Source of the DNA: an uncultured Victivallales bacterium
GTDB lineage: Bacteria; Verrucomicrobiota; Kiritimatiellia; UBA8416; CAYSRM01
Direction of reading: 5' to 3'
Assembly (NCBI GenBank): GCA_964543205.1
Contig: CAZIXB010000002.1
Span: 1-38,812 of the forward strand
DNA: 38,812 nt
The notes under the pieces are model-generated. The model was not told the DNA's origin and made no database searches. It saw nothing but the letters and a program-made list of their open reading frames with translations. Positions 28,286-36,888 of this stretch are shown piece after piece. The position numbers and the translations under genes are program-made. Position 1 is the stretch's first letter, and every line of letters starts with the position of its first letter.

Positions 28286-29248
28286 ATGAATCTCGACTTT
28301 GAAAAGGAAATAGCGGAAATAGAAAACAGAATTTCCGAGCTGAAAAAATTAAATGAAAACCCGAACGTTGAGTTCGATACCGAAATAGCTGAACTTGCTC
28401 GCGAACTGGAAGCAAAGACAAAATCAACCTACCGGAATCTTTCCCCATGGCAGACCATACAAATAGCAAGACATCCTGAACGACCGTCCATAAAAGACTA
28501 CGCCAGTGGAGTTTTCGGCGAATTCATAGAGCTGCACGGAGATCGCTGCTTCGGCGACGACCAGGGCATTATAGGCGGTTTTGCCAGCATAAAACAAAGC
28601 AAACACAAAGTTATGCTCATCGGACACCAGAAGGGTAAATCCGTAGAAGAAAACCTCCGAAGCAATTTCGGGATGGCAAACCCCGAAGGCTACCGCAAAG
28701 CCCTGCGGCTGATGAAACTGGCGGAAAAATACAAAATCCCGGTAGTATGCCTGATAGATACCCCCGGGGCCTACCCCGGCGAAGAAGCAGAGGCCCGCGG
28801 CCAGGCCGAGGCCATCGCGCGCAACCTTACGGAGATGTTCAGCATTAAAGTTCCGATTGTAGTAATAGTCACAGGAGAAGGCGGCAGCGGAGGCGCCATC
28901 GGAATCGGCATAGGCGATGCCGTGCTGATGCTTTCAAATGCTGTGTACTCGGTCATATCCCCCGAAGGATGCGCCTCCATATTGTGGCGCGACGGCTCAA
29001 AAGCTTCGGATGCGGCCTCGGCATTGAAAATTACTGCAAAGGATCTCAAAAAACACAATATAATAGACGAAATAATCGAAGAACCCGTCGGCGGAGCACA
29101 CAGGAACCATCAAGCAACATTCGAATCAGTCAGGAAAACTCTCGTGACCCGCCTGACAAGACTTAAAAAAATGTCGTCGAGAAGGCTTTTGGAAAAGAGA
29201 TTTGAAAAATTCGCTTCAATGGGCAGACCTGAAAGAGTCAAACGATAG
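28286..29248 (+). CDS. accA: acetyl-CoA carboxylase carboxyltransferase alpha subunit
   Basis: Motifs RHPERP, IDTPGAYPGEEAEARGQAEAIARNL and GEGGSGGAIGIG. Confidence 0.96.
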   Translation: MNLDFEKEIAEIENRISELKKLNENPNVEFDTEIAELARELEAKTKSTYRNLSPWQTIQIARHPERPSIKDYASGVFGEFIELHGDRCFGDDQGIIGGFASIKQSKHKVMLIGHQKGKSVEENLRSNFGMANPEGYRKALRLMKLAEKYKIPVVCLIDTPGAYPGEEAEARGQAEAIARNLTEMFSIKVPIVVIVTGEGGSGGAIGIGIGDAVLMLSNAVYSVISPEGCASILWRDGSKASDAASALKITAKDLKKHNIIDEIIEEPVGGAHRNHQATFESVRKTLVTRLTRLKKMSSRRLLEKRFEKFASMGRPERVKR

Positions 29249-29264
29249 AAAAGAAGGACTAGAC

Positions 29265-31229
29265 ATGGCCCGATCAAAAAAAGAAGACAGAGGAACCACC
29301 CGGAAATCTAAAAAACAAACTTCCGCTTCCTCTAAAAAAACAACGCCGCTTCGTATCACCGACACCACACTGCGCGATGCCCACCAGTCGCTCTGGGCAA
29401 CCAGGATGCGGACCAGTGACATAGAAGGCATACTGGAAACAATCGATAACGCAGGCTATTACTCTCTCGAAGTCTGGGGCGGAGCAACTTTTGATGTATG
29501 CCTTCGTTTCCTGAGGGAAAACCCATGGGAACGTCTCCGGTTGATGAAATCCAAAGCAAAGAAAACTCCCCTGCAGATGCTTCTCCGCGGTCAGAATATA
29601 CTCGGATACAAGAATTATCCCGACGATCTCCTCGACCGCTTCGTAGCTCTGGCTTGCAAAAACGGGATAGATATTTTCAGAATATTCGACGCGCTTAATG
29701 ATAACAGGAACCTGGAACACGCTATCAAATCCGTCAAAAAACACGGCGGACATGCGCAGGGCACCCTCTGCTATACAATCAGTCCGGTCCATACCGTCAA
29801 CGAGTTCGTGCGTGTGGCTGAAGAACAGGTTCAAATGGGCATCGACTCCCTCTGCATTAAGGATATGGCGGGAATCCTGTCGCCCGTTTCCGCAGAAAAA
29901 CTGGTCTCGGCCCTCACCACGAAACTGGACGTGCCTGTCCAGCTCCATTGCCATATGACAAGCGGTATGGCCGTGGCAACATATACCGAAGGGGTAATGG
30001 CCGGCGCAGGGGCGATCGACTGCGCAATATCGCCTATGTCGGGTTTTTCATCTCAGCCACCGGTAGAAACCATGCTTTCGATATTTGACCAGACCCCGTA
30101 CAATGCACAGCTTGACGTTGATTGCCTACGCAAAATCTGCAAATACTTCGGTAATCTTGCCCCGGAACGGAAATTGTCGCATCAACCCATTAATATCATT
30201 GATCCGGAAATACTTATCCACCACATACCAGGCGGAATGATATCCAACCTGCGTTCACAGCTCGATCAGCAGGATGCATTAGACAGACTTCCCGAAGTCC
30301 TCGATGAAATACCCGAAACCCGAAAAGACATGGGCTATCCTCCGCTGGTAACCCCAACAAGCCAGATAATCGGCATTCAGTCGGTAATGAACATCCTGTC
30401 AGGCGAAAGATACTCAATGGTGCCCCAGGAAACAAAGAATTACATAAAAGGCTTTTACGGAAGACCACCAGCCAAAATCAATCCAAAGTTAAAAAAGAAA
30501 ATACTTGGCGACGAAAAACCGATAACCTGCCGGCCGGCGGATCTGCTAGACCCTATGCTGCCTAACGCAACAGACAATATCGATCCCGTGCTGATAAAGG
30601 AAGAAGAAGATATTATATCCTACTGCCTTTTCCCGGAAACAGCAAAACAATACCTGGAATGGCGCAGTTTGCCCGAAGATCAACGTCCTGAACCGCCAGC
30701 AGAAACCGAGAGAAAACAACATGATGAGGTGGATGAGGTGGATAACAATAGAAATATGGAACCACCGCAAAACGGCAAACCCTTCCTCAATCCTGAAGAC
30801 TACAAGGAATTACACGAAGTCATCGAAAAAGTAAAAGAACTGGGCCTGGACGAACTCACCATCCGCAGGGGAAACGCCAGCCTCAGCCTCAGCGGAGGCG
30901 AGGTTTCACAATCCGCCAACGCACATGCAGAAGAAAAACCGCAAACAGCGAAATCCGAAGAATCAACCAGCGCCAAGACCAAAACAGACGGTCCGGCAAT
31001 CGAAGCGCCGCTAAACGGAACCTTTTACACCTGCCCCGGCCCCGGACAACCCGATTTTACAGCGCCTGGCGACATTGTCGAGCAAGACGAACCGGTTTGT
31101 ATCGTCGAAGCAATGAAGCTCTTCAACCAGATCAAGACCCCTTTCAAATGCAAAATCAGGTCATTTCTTGTCAAGCACGGAGACACCGTGAGCAAAGGGC
31201 AACCACTGATCTCCATTGAACAACTGTAG
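29265..31229 (+). CDS. pyruvate/oxaloacetate carboxyltransferase (5S / OadA / PycB type) fused to a full-length AccB-like biotin carboxyl carrier protein
   Basis: N-domain motifs are TDTTLRDAHQS, CIKDMAG (carbamylated-Lys context) and LHCHMTSG (metal site). The C-terminal ~150 aa align by eye to AccB: EKVKELGLDELTIRRGNASLSLS, a Pro/Ala/Ser/Lys linker, GTFYTCPGPGQPDF, then CIVEAMKLFNQI with the biotinyl-Lys. ATG 29265 has AAGGA 6 nt upstream; the track start 29202 is a TTG inside accA. Confidence 0.85.
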   Translation: MARSKKEDRGTTRKSKKQTSASSKKTTPLRITDTTLRDAHQSLWATRMRTSDIEGILETIDNAGYYSLEVWGGATFDVCLRFLRENPWERLRLMKSKAKKTPLQMLLRGQNILGYKNYPDDLLDRFVALACKNGIDIFRIFDALNDNRNLEHAIKSVKKHGGHAQGTLCYTISPVHTVNEFVRVAEEQVQMGIDSLCIKDMAGILSPVSAEKLVSALTTKLDVPVQLHCHMTSGMAVATYTEGVMAGAGAIDCAISPMSGFSSQPPVETMLSIFDQTPYNAQLDVDCLRKICKYFGNLAPERKLSHQPINIIDPEILIHHIPGGMISNLRSQLDQQDALDRLPEVLDEIPETRKDMGYPPLVTPTSQIIGIQSVMNILSGERYSMVPQETKNYIKGFYGRPPAKINPKLKKKILGDEKPITCRPADLLDPMLPNATDNIDPVLIKEEEDIISYCLFPETAKQYLEWRSLPEDQRPEPPAETERKQHDEVDEVDNNRNMEPPQNGKPFLNPEDYKELHEVIEKVKELGLDELTIRRGNASLSLSGGEVSQSANAHAEEKPQTAKSEESTSAKTKTDGPAIEAPLNGTFYTCPGPGQPDFTAPGDIVEQDEPVCIVEAMKLFNQIKTPFKCKIRSFLVKHGDTVSKGQPLISIEQL

Positions 31230-31278
31230 TTAACCCGCATATCTCACACTTTTCAGGAGTGTGAGATATGCGGGTTAA
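31230..31278. terminator. bidirectional hairpin terminator between convergent genes
   Basis: Perfect 21-bp inverted repeat: TTAACCCGCATATCTCACACT (31230-31250) and AGTGTGAGATATGCGGGTTAA (31258-31278), with a 7-nt loop TTTCAGG. It starts 1 nt after the TAG at 31227-31229. No clear U-tract on either side. Confidence 0.6.
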
Positions 31279-31301
31279 ACAACTCATGGAAAAACACGCC
31301 G

Positions 31302-31889
31302 TCAAGGCCGTTTTTTGCGGTCAAGGAACAGGTCAAGTTGCTCGTCCCTTATCAAATCATAGTTTTTGAGCAAACGCATAATCTGTAAAAGGTCGGACTT
31401 TCCGTAGTTCCTGTTGACATCAACACTCCTGGCCAATTCCATGAGCATGGTCCCAAAAGTAATCACCCCGTCAATGCCCCTTTCTTTCAACAACTCTACA
31501 CTCCGGGATCTTAAATCCTCCCCCACAGGCAACCGCGGCAAACAAAGAATTCGGGCAAATTTGCCGGTTCCAAGCAGATTTTGAGCATATTGAAGCGCTT
31601 CTTTCTCGGCAAATCGATAAAGATCAGGTTCCTTTTCCAGCCTCGACGGATAAAGCCGCTCCGAGTGCCACCCCTGGATCCCGACAATAGCCCCGGCAAC
31701 AGACCGAAGATCATCTCCTGTCCAGACAAAACTGCCAGCGACACCGTGAGTTGCATTCACCGGCCTGGTCAGGACAAAGTCCACCTCCTCACACGCAGTC
31801 TTGTGCCTGCCGGGAACAGTATGCTTCCTTGGCTGCAACACGTGAAAGCCGTTTAACTCAAAATACTCCCTTACAATTGTCTCGTTCAT
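31302..31889 (-). CDS. hypothetical protein, possible degenerate PD-(D/E)xK-like N-terminal domain
   Basis: No family recognised. The N-terminus IVREYFELNGFHV ... EEVDFVL ... AIVGIQGWH loosely resembles a restriction-endonuclease-like fold, but Q-x-W replaces E-x-K. The track start 31895 is GTG; the ATG is at 31889. Confidence 0.4.
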   Translation of the reverse strand: MNETIVREYFELNGFHVLQPRKHTVPGRHKTACEEVDFVLTRPVNATHGVAGSFVWTGDDLRSVAGAIVGIQGWHSERLYPSRLEKEPDLYRFAEKEALQYAQNLLGTGKFARILCLPRLPVGEDLRSRSVELLKERGIDGVITFGTMLMELARSVDVNRNYGKSDLLQIMRLLKNYDLIRDEQLDLFLDRKKRP

Positions 31890-31928
31890 ACCCACGACAA
31901 ATCGATTCCTCCATGTATAAAACCGGAA

Positions 31929-33029
31929 TTACATATCTGCGTATACATCAGACAACAAACCCTCTTCCACAACGCATCCCACACAAACCCGGCCAAGACT
32001 TTCAACCAGGGTGAACCTTGGAACACTGCCCAACGCCTTCTTGTCTCTGGTCATGGCCTGCCGAATCTGTTCCCACCCTGGTTTTCCGCCGTTTTCCGCA
32101 GGCGATACAGGCAGCTTCAACCCGGAAAGCAAACGCTTTATGCGGTCCGCATCTTTTTTGGAAAACCCCCTGGTCTCTGTAGCCAGATCAGCCGCATATG
32201 CCATCCCCGCAGCAACAGCTTCACCATGAAGATACTTGCCGTATCCGGCCACCTTCTCAAGCGCGTGGCCAAGCGTGTGCCCGAAATTCAAAGCAGCCCT
32301 CACCCCCGATTCCCGCTCATCCATGGCAACCACTTCTGCCTTGATCTCACACGAGCGAGTAATTACTTCCTGCAGAAAAACAGGATCCCGCTCGACAAGC
32401 CGCTCCGCTCCCGACTCCAGATTCCTGAACAGCTCAGCATCCCATATCACCGCATGCTTAACCAGTTCAGCCAGCCCGGATAGATATTCTTTCTCCGGAA
32501 GCGATACAAGAGTTGAAAGGTCGATGGCAACCTCCACAGGCTGATAGAAAGCTCCTACCAGATTTTTGCCTTCCTCCATGTTCAAACCAGTCTTCCCTCC
32601 CACCGAGCTGTCCAGCATGGCAAGCGTGGTAGTAGGCGCCTGCACATAACGTATACCCCGAAGATAAGTGGCGGCAACAAAGCCAGCAAGATCGCCTATA
32701 ACCCCGCCGCCAAGAGCAAAAATAAAAGAGGATCTGTCAAGTCCGGCTTCAATCGCTTTAGAATATAATGCCCCGGCACAGGACAGATTTTTAGACGCCT
32801 CGCCGGCGGGAACCTTCTCCCTGCGCACGTTGAAACCCAGCGCGCCAATTCGCCTTTCAAAAACATCTCCGTAAATTGCATCCACATTGCTGTCAGAGAT
32901 TATCAATGCTCGCAACCCGTCGACCCTGTCACAATATCCGGCTCCCGGCGTCAAATCTGCGCCTATGCGAATATCGTAACTTCTGTCACCAAGGAGCGCT
33001 TTCACTATGCTGCAATTCTCAGTCACCAT
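31929..33029 (-). CDS. aroB: 3-dehydroquinate synthase
   Basis: Motifs GGGVIGDLAGF, GGKTG, NFGHTLGHALE and HGEAVAAG. The track start 33050 is TTG. ATG 33029 is preceded by GGAAGGAGAGAGGA. Confidence 0.93.
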   Translation of the reverse strand: MVTENCSIVKALLGDRSYDIRIGADLTPGAGYCDRVDGLRALIISDSNVDAIYGDVFERRIGALGFNVRREKVPAGEASKNLSCAGALYSKAIEAGLDRSSFIFALGGGVIGDLAGFVAATYLRGIRYVQAPTTTLAMLDSSVGGKTGLNMEEGKNLVGAFYQPVEVAIDLSTLVSLPEKEYLSGLAELVKHAVIWDAELFRNLESGAERLVERDPVFLQEVITRSCEIKAEVVAMDERESGVRAALNFGHTLGHALEKVAGYGKYLHGEAVAAGMAYAADLATETRGFSKKDADRIKRLLSGLKLPVSPAENGGKPGWEQIRQAMTRDKKALGSVPRFTLVESLGRVCVGCVVEEGLLSDVYADM

Positions 33030-33966
33030 GAATCCTCTCTCCTTCCGCAATTCTCAAGCCCCGGGCAAACTCTGCCCCGGACATTTCTCTTTTTCCAGCA
33101 GGCTTAACCCTGAGCAGGCATACAGAATCATCTCCCCCGGAAACAGCGCCTGTCTTTATCACCAGGGAATTCCTTCCCGACTCCAACACCGTGCCGGCAA
33201 CCGCATCAGCCGAACCCGACCGCATCCCGGCAACTTCAAGGAGGACAACCCGGCGGCCTTTTAAATTACAATACGCTCCAGGCCATGGCGTAAATGCCCG
33301 CACCCTGTTGTAAATATCTTCCGCCTCCATATCCCATGATATCAAACCGTCTTTCTTGCTCAAACGCGGCGCATAAGTGGCCAGGCTTTCATCCTGGGGC
33401 CTGCGCGGCGCTATACCGCTTTCGACATCCTTAACAGTCTGCTCCAACAATTCTCCGCCTGGCGCAGCCAGTCTGTCCATGAGCTCCCCGGCATTTTCTC
33501 CGTTTTTAATCTCAACTTTCAACTGATAAATAACATCCCCGGCATCCATCCTGTCATCCATGTGCATTGTTGTAAGGCCGGTCTGGCGCCGGCCATCAAG
33601 CAGCGCATGCTGAATAGGCGCCGCGCCACGGTATTCCGGAAGAAGCGAAGCATGAAGGTTAATGCAGCCCAAAGAAGGAAGCTGTAGCACAGCTTTCTTC
33701 AGAATCTGTCCATACGCAACCACCGCTATCAGATCAGGAGCAAGGCGCTCAAGTTCTTTTATGCTGTCTGCCGAGTTTACGTTCTCAGGGGTCAAAACAG
33801 GCAGCCCTAAATCTTCGGCAGTAACCCTGAGTGCGCTGGGAGAAGGTATAAGCTTCCTGCCACTGGGCCTGTCGGGCTGGGTTACCACCCCGACTATGCT
33901 TTCACCACTCAAGGCGCGCAGACTCTCACAGGCAAATCCGGCCGATCCCATGAAGACAATTCTCAT
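33019..33966 (-). CDS. fmt: methionyl-tRNA formyltransferase
   Basis: MRIVFMGSAGFA, HASLLPEYRGAAPIQ, and a C-terminal Fmt domain. Its 3' end overlaps the aroB start by 11 nt. Confidence 0.94.
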   Translation of the reverse strand: MRIVFMGSAGFACESLRALSGESIVGVVTQPDRPSGRKLIPSPSALRVTAEDLGLPVLTPENVNSADSIKELERLAPDLIAVVAYGQILKKAVLQLPSLGCINLHASLLPEYRGAAPIQHALLDGRRQTGLTTMHMDDRMDAGDVIYQLKVEIKNGENAGELMDRLAAPGGELLEQTVKDVESGIAPRRPQDESLATYAPRLSKKDGLISWDMEAEDIYNRVRAFTPWPGAYCNLKGRRVVLLEVAGMRSGSADAVAGTVLESGRNSLVIKTGAVSGGDDSVCLLRVKPAGKREMSGAEFARGLRIAEGERIHGD

Positions 33967-33996
33967 GTATCAAGCTCCCTCTGTCATCTCACGCCG

Positions 33997-34569
33997 TTAC
34001 CCGCGCAATATGGTCTCAAGAATTCGTTCAGACTTCTCAGCTATATCATCATGAAGACTGCAGCCGTCCGAATCAATGGTTACAATGCCTTCCATCCCCT
34101 CAACATCAAGCTCCCACATGGCTTCGGCCGGTCCAAAGCGATCCAGATAATGCACGCCGCAGACATCAACAATCCGTTCGGCCAGCGCCGCCCCTGCGCC
34201 CCCGACAACATGTACATACACGCAGCCATGACGTCTGCATGCCTCTATGGTAGCTTTGTGCATTCCTCCCTTGCCGATAATAACACGCACACCATGACGC
34301 CTGATAACTTCAGCCATAAAAGGCTCCTGGCGCGAAGAAGTGGTCGGACCAGCCGCGCTGATAACCCACCTGCCGGAACGAAGAACAGCAACAGGCCCGC
34401 AATGATAAATTGCGCCGTCCCTCATATCCACAGGCGCTTTATCCTCGCCCGCCAGTTCCTCGTGAACACGGTCGCGTCCTGTAACAATCCTCCCCGATAA
34501 ACTGATGCGGTCGGATGCGCTCAAAGACCTCACTGCGTTTTCTTTAAATGGATACCTAAGATTATTCAT
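33997..34569 (-). CDS. class I (Fe-S) fumarate/tartrate hydro-lyase, beta subunit
   Basis: Motifs SGRIVTGRD, HCGP, IIGKGGM and VHVVGGAGAL are typical of the FumA C-terminal / TtdB domain. The track start 34584 is GTG. ATG 34569 is preceded by GGGAG. Confidence 0.85.
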   Translation of the reverse strand: MNNLRYPFKENAVRSLSASDRISLSGRIVTGRDRVHEELAGEDKAPVDMRDGAIYHCGPVAVLRSGRWVISAAGPTTSSRQEPFMAEVIRRHGVRVIIGKGGMHKATIEACRRHGCVYVHVVGGAGAALAERIVDVCGVHYLDRFGPAEAMWELDVEGMEGIVTIDSDGCSLHDDIAEKSERILETILRG

Positions 34570-34642
34570 CACTACTCCCGGCACGGACGGGCTTTGTGCC
34601 TGCGCTTCTCAGCTGCCCGCCGCTCGCCGCATTCACCTCAGC

Positions 34643-35527
34643 CTAAAAAAACCATCTGTCTACGCCACCCTCAACTCCGAGCCGTACCCCTCGTCTGCGT
34701 AACGCCCAGCACATGTAAGAAACGGAAACAAAAAAACTCGCAGGCAACCGGCCAAGGGAAGCGATCTTGACGTCCAGCAAAGTGGTCTTACCCCCAAGCC
34801 CCATTGGTCCGATCTTTAACTCATTTGCGCAATTCAAACACTCTTTCTCAAGTTCAGAAAGCGCCTTGGTTCGAGATCGCCGTCCAATCCTTCTTAGAAA
34901 CTGCTCTTTCGAATAAGCATAGCCCGTAGCCCGATCCCCGCCGATACATACCCCGAGCGCTCCGGGAGAACAACCGCGGCCCTGTGTCTGCCAGACCGCG
35001 TCTAGAATGCACTTGCGCACACCTTCAAGGTTCCGCCCGGCCCCAAGCCGGGAATCAGGCAGAGAATATTGCCTGCCGACATTTTCACTCCCGCCACCTT
35101 TCAGAATTAAACGAACGTCTACGGTCTTCCGGGCGCCCTGGCAAACTTCCACTTGCGGCACACCGTTTGCTATGTTCGTGCTGTACAGGCCGCCGGTAAT
35201 TGCGTCAACCGTGTTTTCCCTTAAATAACCATATCGCGTTGCGCGGGCCACAGCCGAACGCACCGAGGAAACAAGCATGTTGGAATCAAAACCAACTGGA
35301 ACACTGAAGTAAAACATAACAGTCCCAGTATCCTGGCAAATCGGCCTGTTTTTTTCCCTGGCTATCCGGGCATCCTCAAGCATGGTTGACAATGCCCAGT
35401 ATGCCATGCTTCCCTTGTTTTCCTTTTCAAGCGCGGCACGCAAGGCTTTTTCCACATCCCGCGGCAAATCCGTCGAGGTGCGCCGAATTAATTCAAGCAG
35501 GTTCTTTTCAAATTTCTTTTTACTCAT
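34643..35527 (-). CDS. class I (Fe-S) fumarate/tartrate hydro-lyase, alpha subunit
   Basis: Contains the CQDTG motif, GGGSEN, and the Cys ligands typical of the FumA N-terminal / TtdA domain. The track start 35536 is TTG; the ATG is at 35527. Confidence 0.85.
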   Translation of the reverse strand: MSKKKFEKNLLELIRRTSTDLPRDVEKALRAALEKENKGSMAYWALSTMLEDARIAREKNRPICQDTGTVMFYFSVPVGFDSNMLVSSVRSAVARATRYGYLRENTVDAITGGLYSTNIANGVPQVEVCQGARKTVDVRLILKGGGSENVGRQYSLPDSRLGAGRNLEGVRKCILDAVWQTQGRGCSPGALGVCIGGDRATGYAYSKEQFLRRIGRRSRTKALSELEKECLNCANELKIGPMGLGGKTTLLDVKIASLGRLPASFFVSVSYMCWALRRRGVRLGVEGGVDRWFF

Positions 35528-35570
35528 GGCGCTCAATTTCGTACAGGCTAGACTCTCCCCTTCTCATCAC

Positions 35571-36425
35571 TCACGCCGCAGCTCGAACAGTCTCCGCCCT
35601 ACGGCGAAGCAAAACCAGGATATCATCGGGCACCACCAGACCCCCGAAACCCCGGCCAAGCTTGATCCCCGGATTAGCATCCCCGTGAAAATCCGATCCG
35701 CCTGTCTTCACCAGGTCATAACGTTCAGCAAGCTTCTCACATTGCTTCACATAAGCCTGGCTGTGTTCGGAATAGTATACTTCTATTCCCTGTAACCCGA
35801 TTTTTGCCAGACTTCCAACGTAGTCATCAAGTTCATGGTCAGAAATATCAAGAGTAAACGGATGCGCAAGCACAGCCACACCCCCCGCTCCGGCAATAAC
35901 ATCCACACTCTCGGCGGGACTCAACCTGAACCTGTCCGCATAGGCAGATTTACCCCTGGCAAGATATCTGTCAAAGGCTTCCTTCTTCGATCCTACAAAG
36001 CCGCGTTCAACCATAGCCTGCGAAAAATGCGGGCGGCCAATAACATCCTCCCCGGCATATGAACTGACTTCCTCCCACGATAAATCCATTCCAAGTTTAT
36101 TCAGCTTTTTGAGAATCTTTCCATTCCTTATTTCCCTGCCGTTCCTTATCTCTTTTAGAACTGACTGCAATCGCTCATTTTCCCTTTCTATGTAGTACCC
36201 AAGCATATGCAGTGTGCCCTTTGGAACCTCCGCGCTGATCTCAACGCCGGGAACACACTCCACACCAGTTCCGCGGCAAGCCGCACTGAAAGAAGATAAC
36301 CCGTCGGTGCAATCATGATCAGTTAAAGCTATCGCAGTTAAACCAACCTCTTTCGCAAGCTGCACCAGTTCAGGAGGCCTCAAACTTCCATCCGAATAGG
36401 TCGAGTGTGTATGCAAATCAATCAT
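35571..36425 (-). CDS. PHP-domain phosphoesterase (TrpH/YciV-like)
   Basis: MIDLHTHSTYSDGS, ALTDHD, VLAHP and GGSDFHG. The ORF track begins at ATG 36494. ATG 36425 is preceded by AAAGGACAGGA and gives the family-typical N-terminus. Confidence 0.85.
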   Translation of the reverse strand: MIDLHTHSTYSDGSLRPPELVQLAKEVGLTAIALTDHDCTDGLSSFSAACRGTGVECVPGVEISAEVPKGTLHMLGYYIERENERLQSVLKEIRNGREIRNGKILKKLNKLGMDLSWEEVSSYAGEDVIGRPHFSQAMVERGFVGSKKEAFDRYLARGKSAYADRFRLSPAESVDVIAGAGGVAVLAHPFTLDISDHELDDYVGSLAKIGLQGIEVYYSEHSQAYVKQCEKLAERYDLVKTGGSDFHGDANPGIKLGRGFGGLVVPDDILVLLRRRAETVRAAA

Positions 36426-36507
36426 TAGCTCATCCTGTCCTTTCATCTGCCGATAACTCAATTCATCCGCCCGGTCAATACTCTGGCGAAACATACAAAC
36501 CCGCCAT

Positions 36508-36888
36508 TCACTCCTCGGCCCTGTAAGTCACGCTGCTTCCACTTTTCTCCCACACACTCACTTGCGCCAGCCGGCATCTCTCATCATTAATCCTCAACAC
36601 AAGTTCTTGGTAAATCCTTGCGGCCACATTCTCACAGGTCGGATTCAATCCGCCCATAAACTCATTTTCATTCAAGTCTGTATGATCAAGCCGCCCGGTA
36701 ACCGCCTCAAGTTCGGACCGGAAAACGCCGAAATCTCCCACCATCCCTGCTTCGTTAAGCTCCTCGCTTCGTACAACTATCTCTACGTTCCAGTTGTGCC
36801 CATGCACCAAAGCACACTTTCCCTCATACCTTGCAAGATGATGCGCGGCAGAAAAACTTGAACCGACGCTTAATTCATAAATTCCCAT
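36508..36888 (-). CDS. queD: 6-carboxy-5,6,7,8-tetrahydropterin synthase
   Basis: FSAAHHL...C..VHGHNW motif (the Cys and His triad of PTPS/QueD). The track ORF extends to 37014. ATG 36888 follows GGAGAGAG and gives the typical ~126 aa. Confidence 0.88.
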   Translation of the reverse strand: MGIYELSVGSSFSAAHHLARYEGKCALVHGHNWNVEIVVRSEELNEAGMVGDFGVFRSELEAVTGRLDHTDLNENEFMGGLNPTCENVAARIYQELVLRINDERCRLAQVSVWEKSGSSVTYRAEE

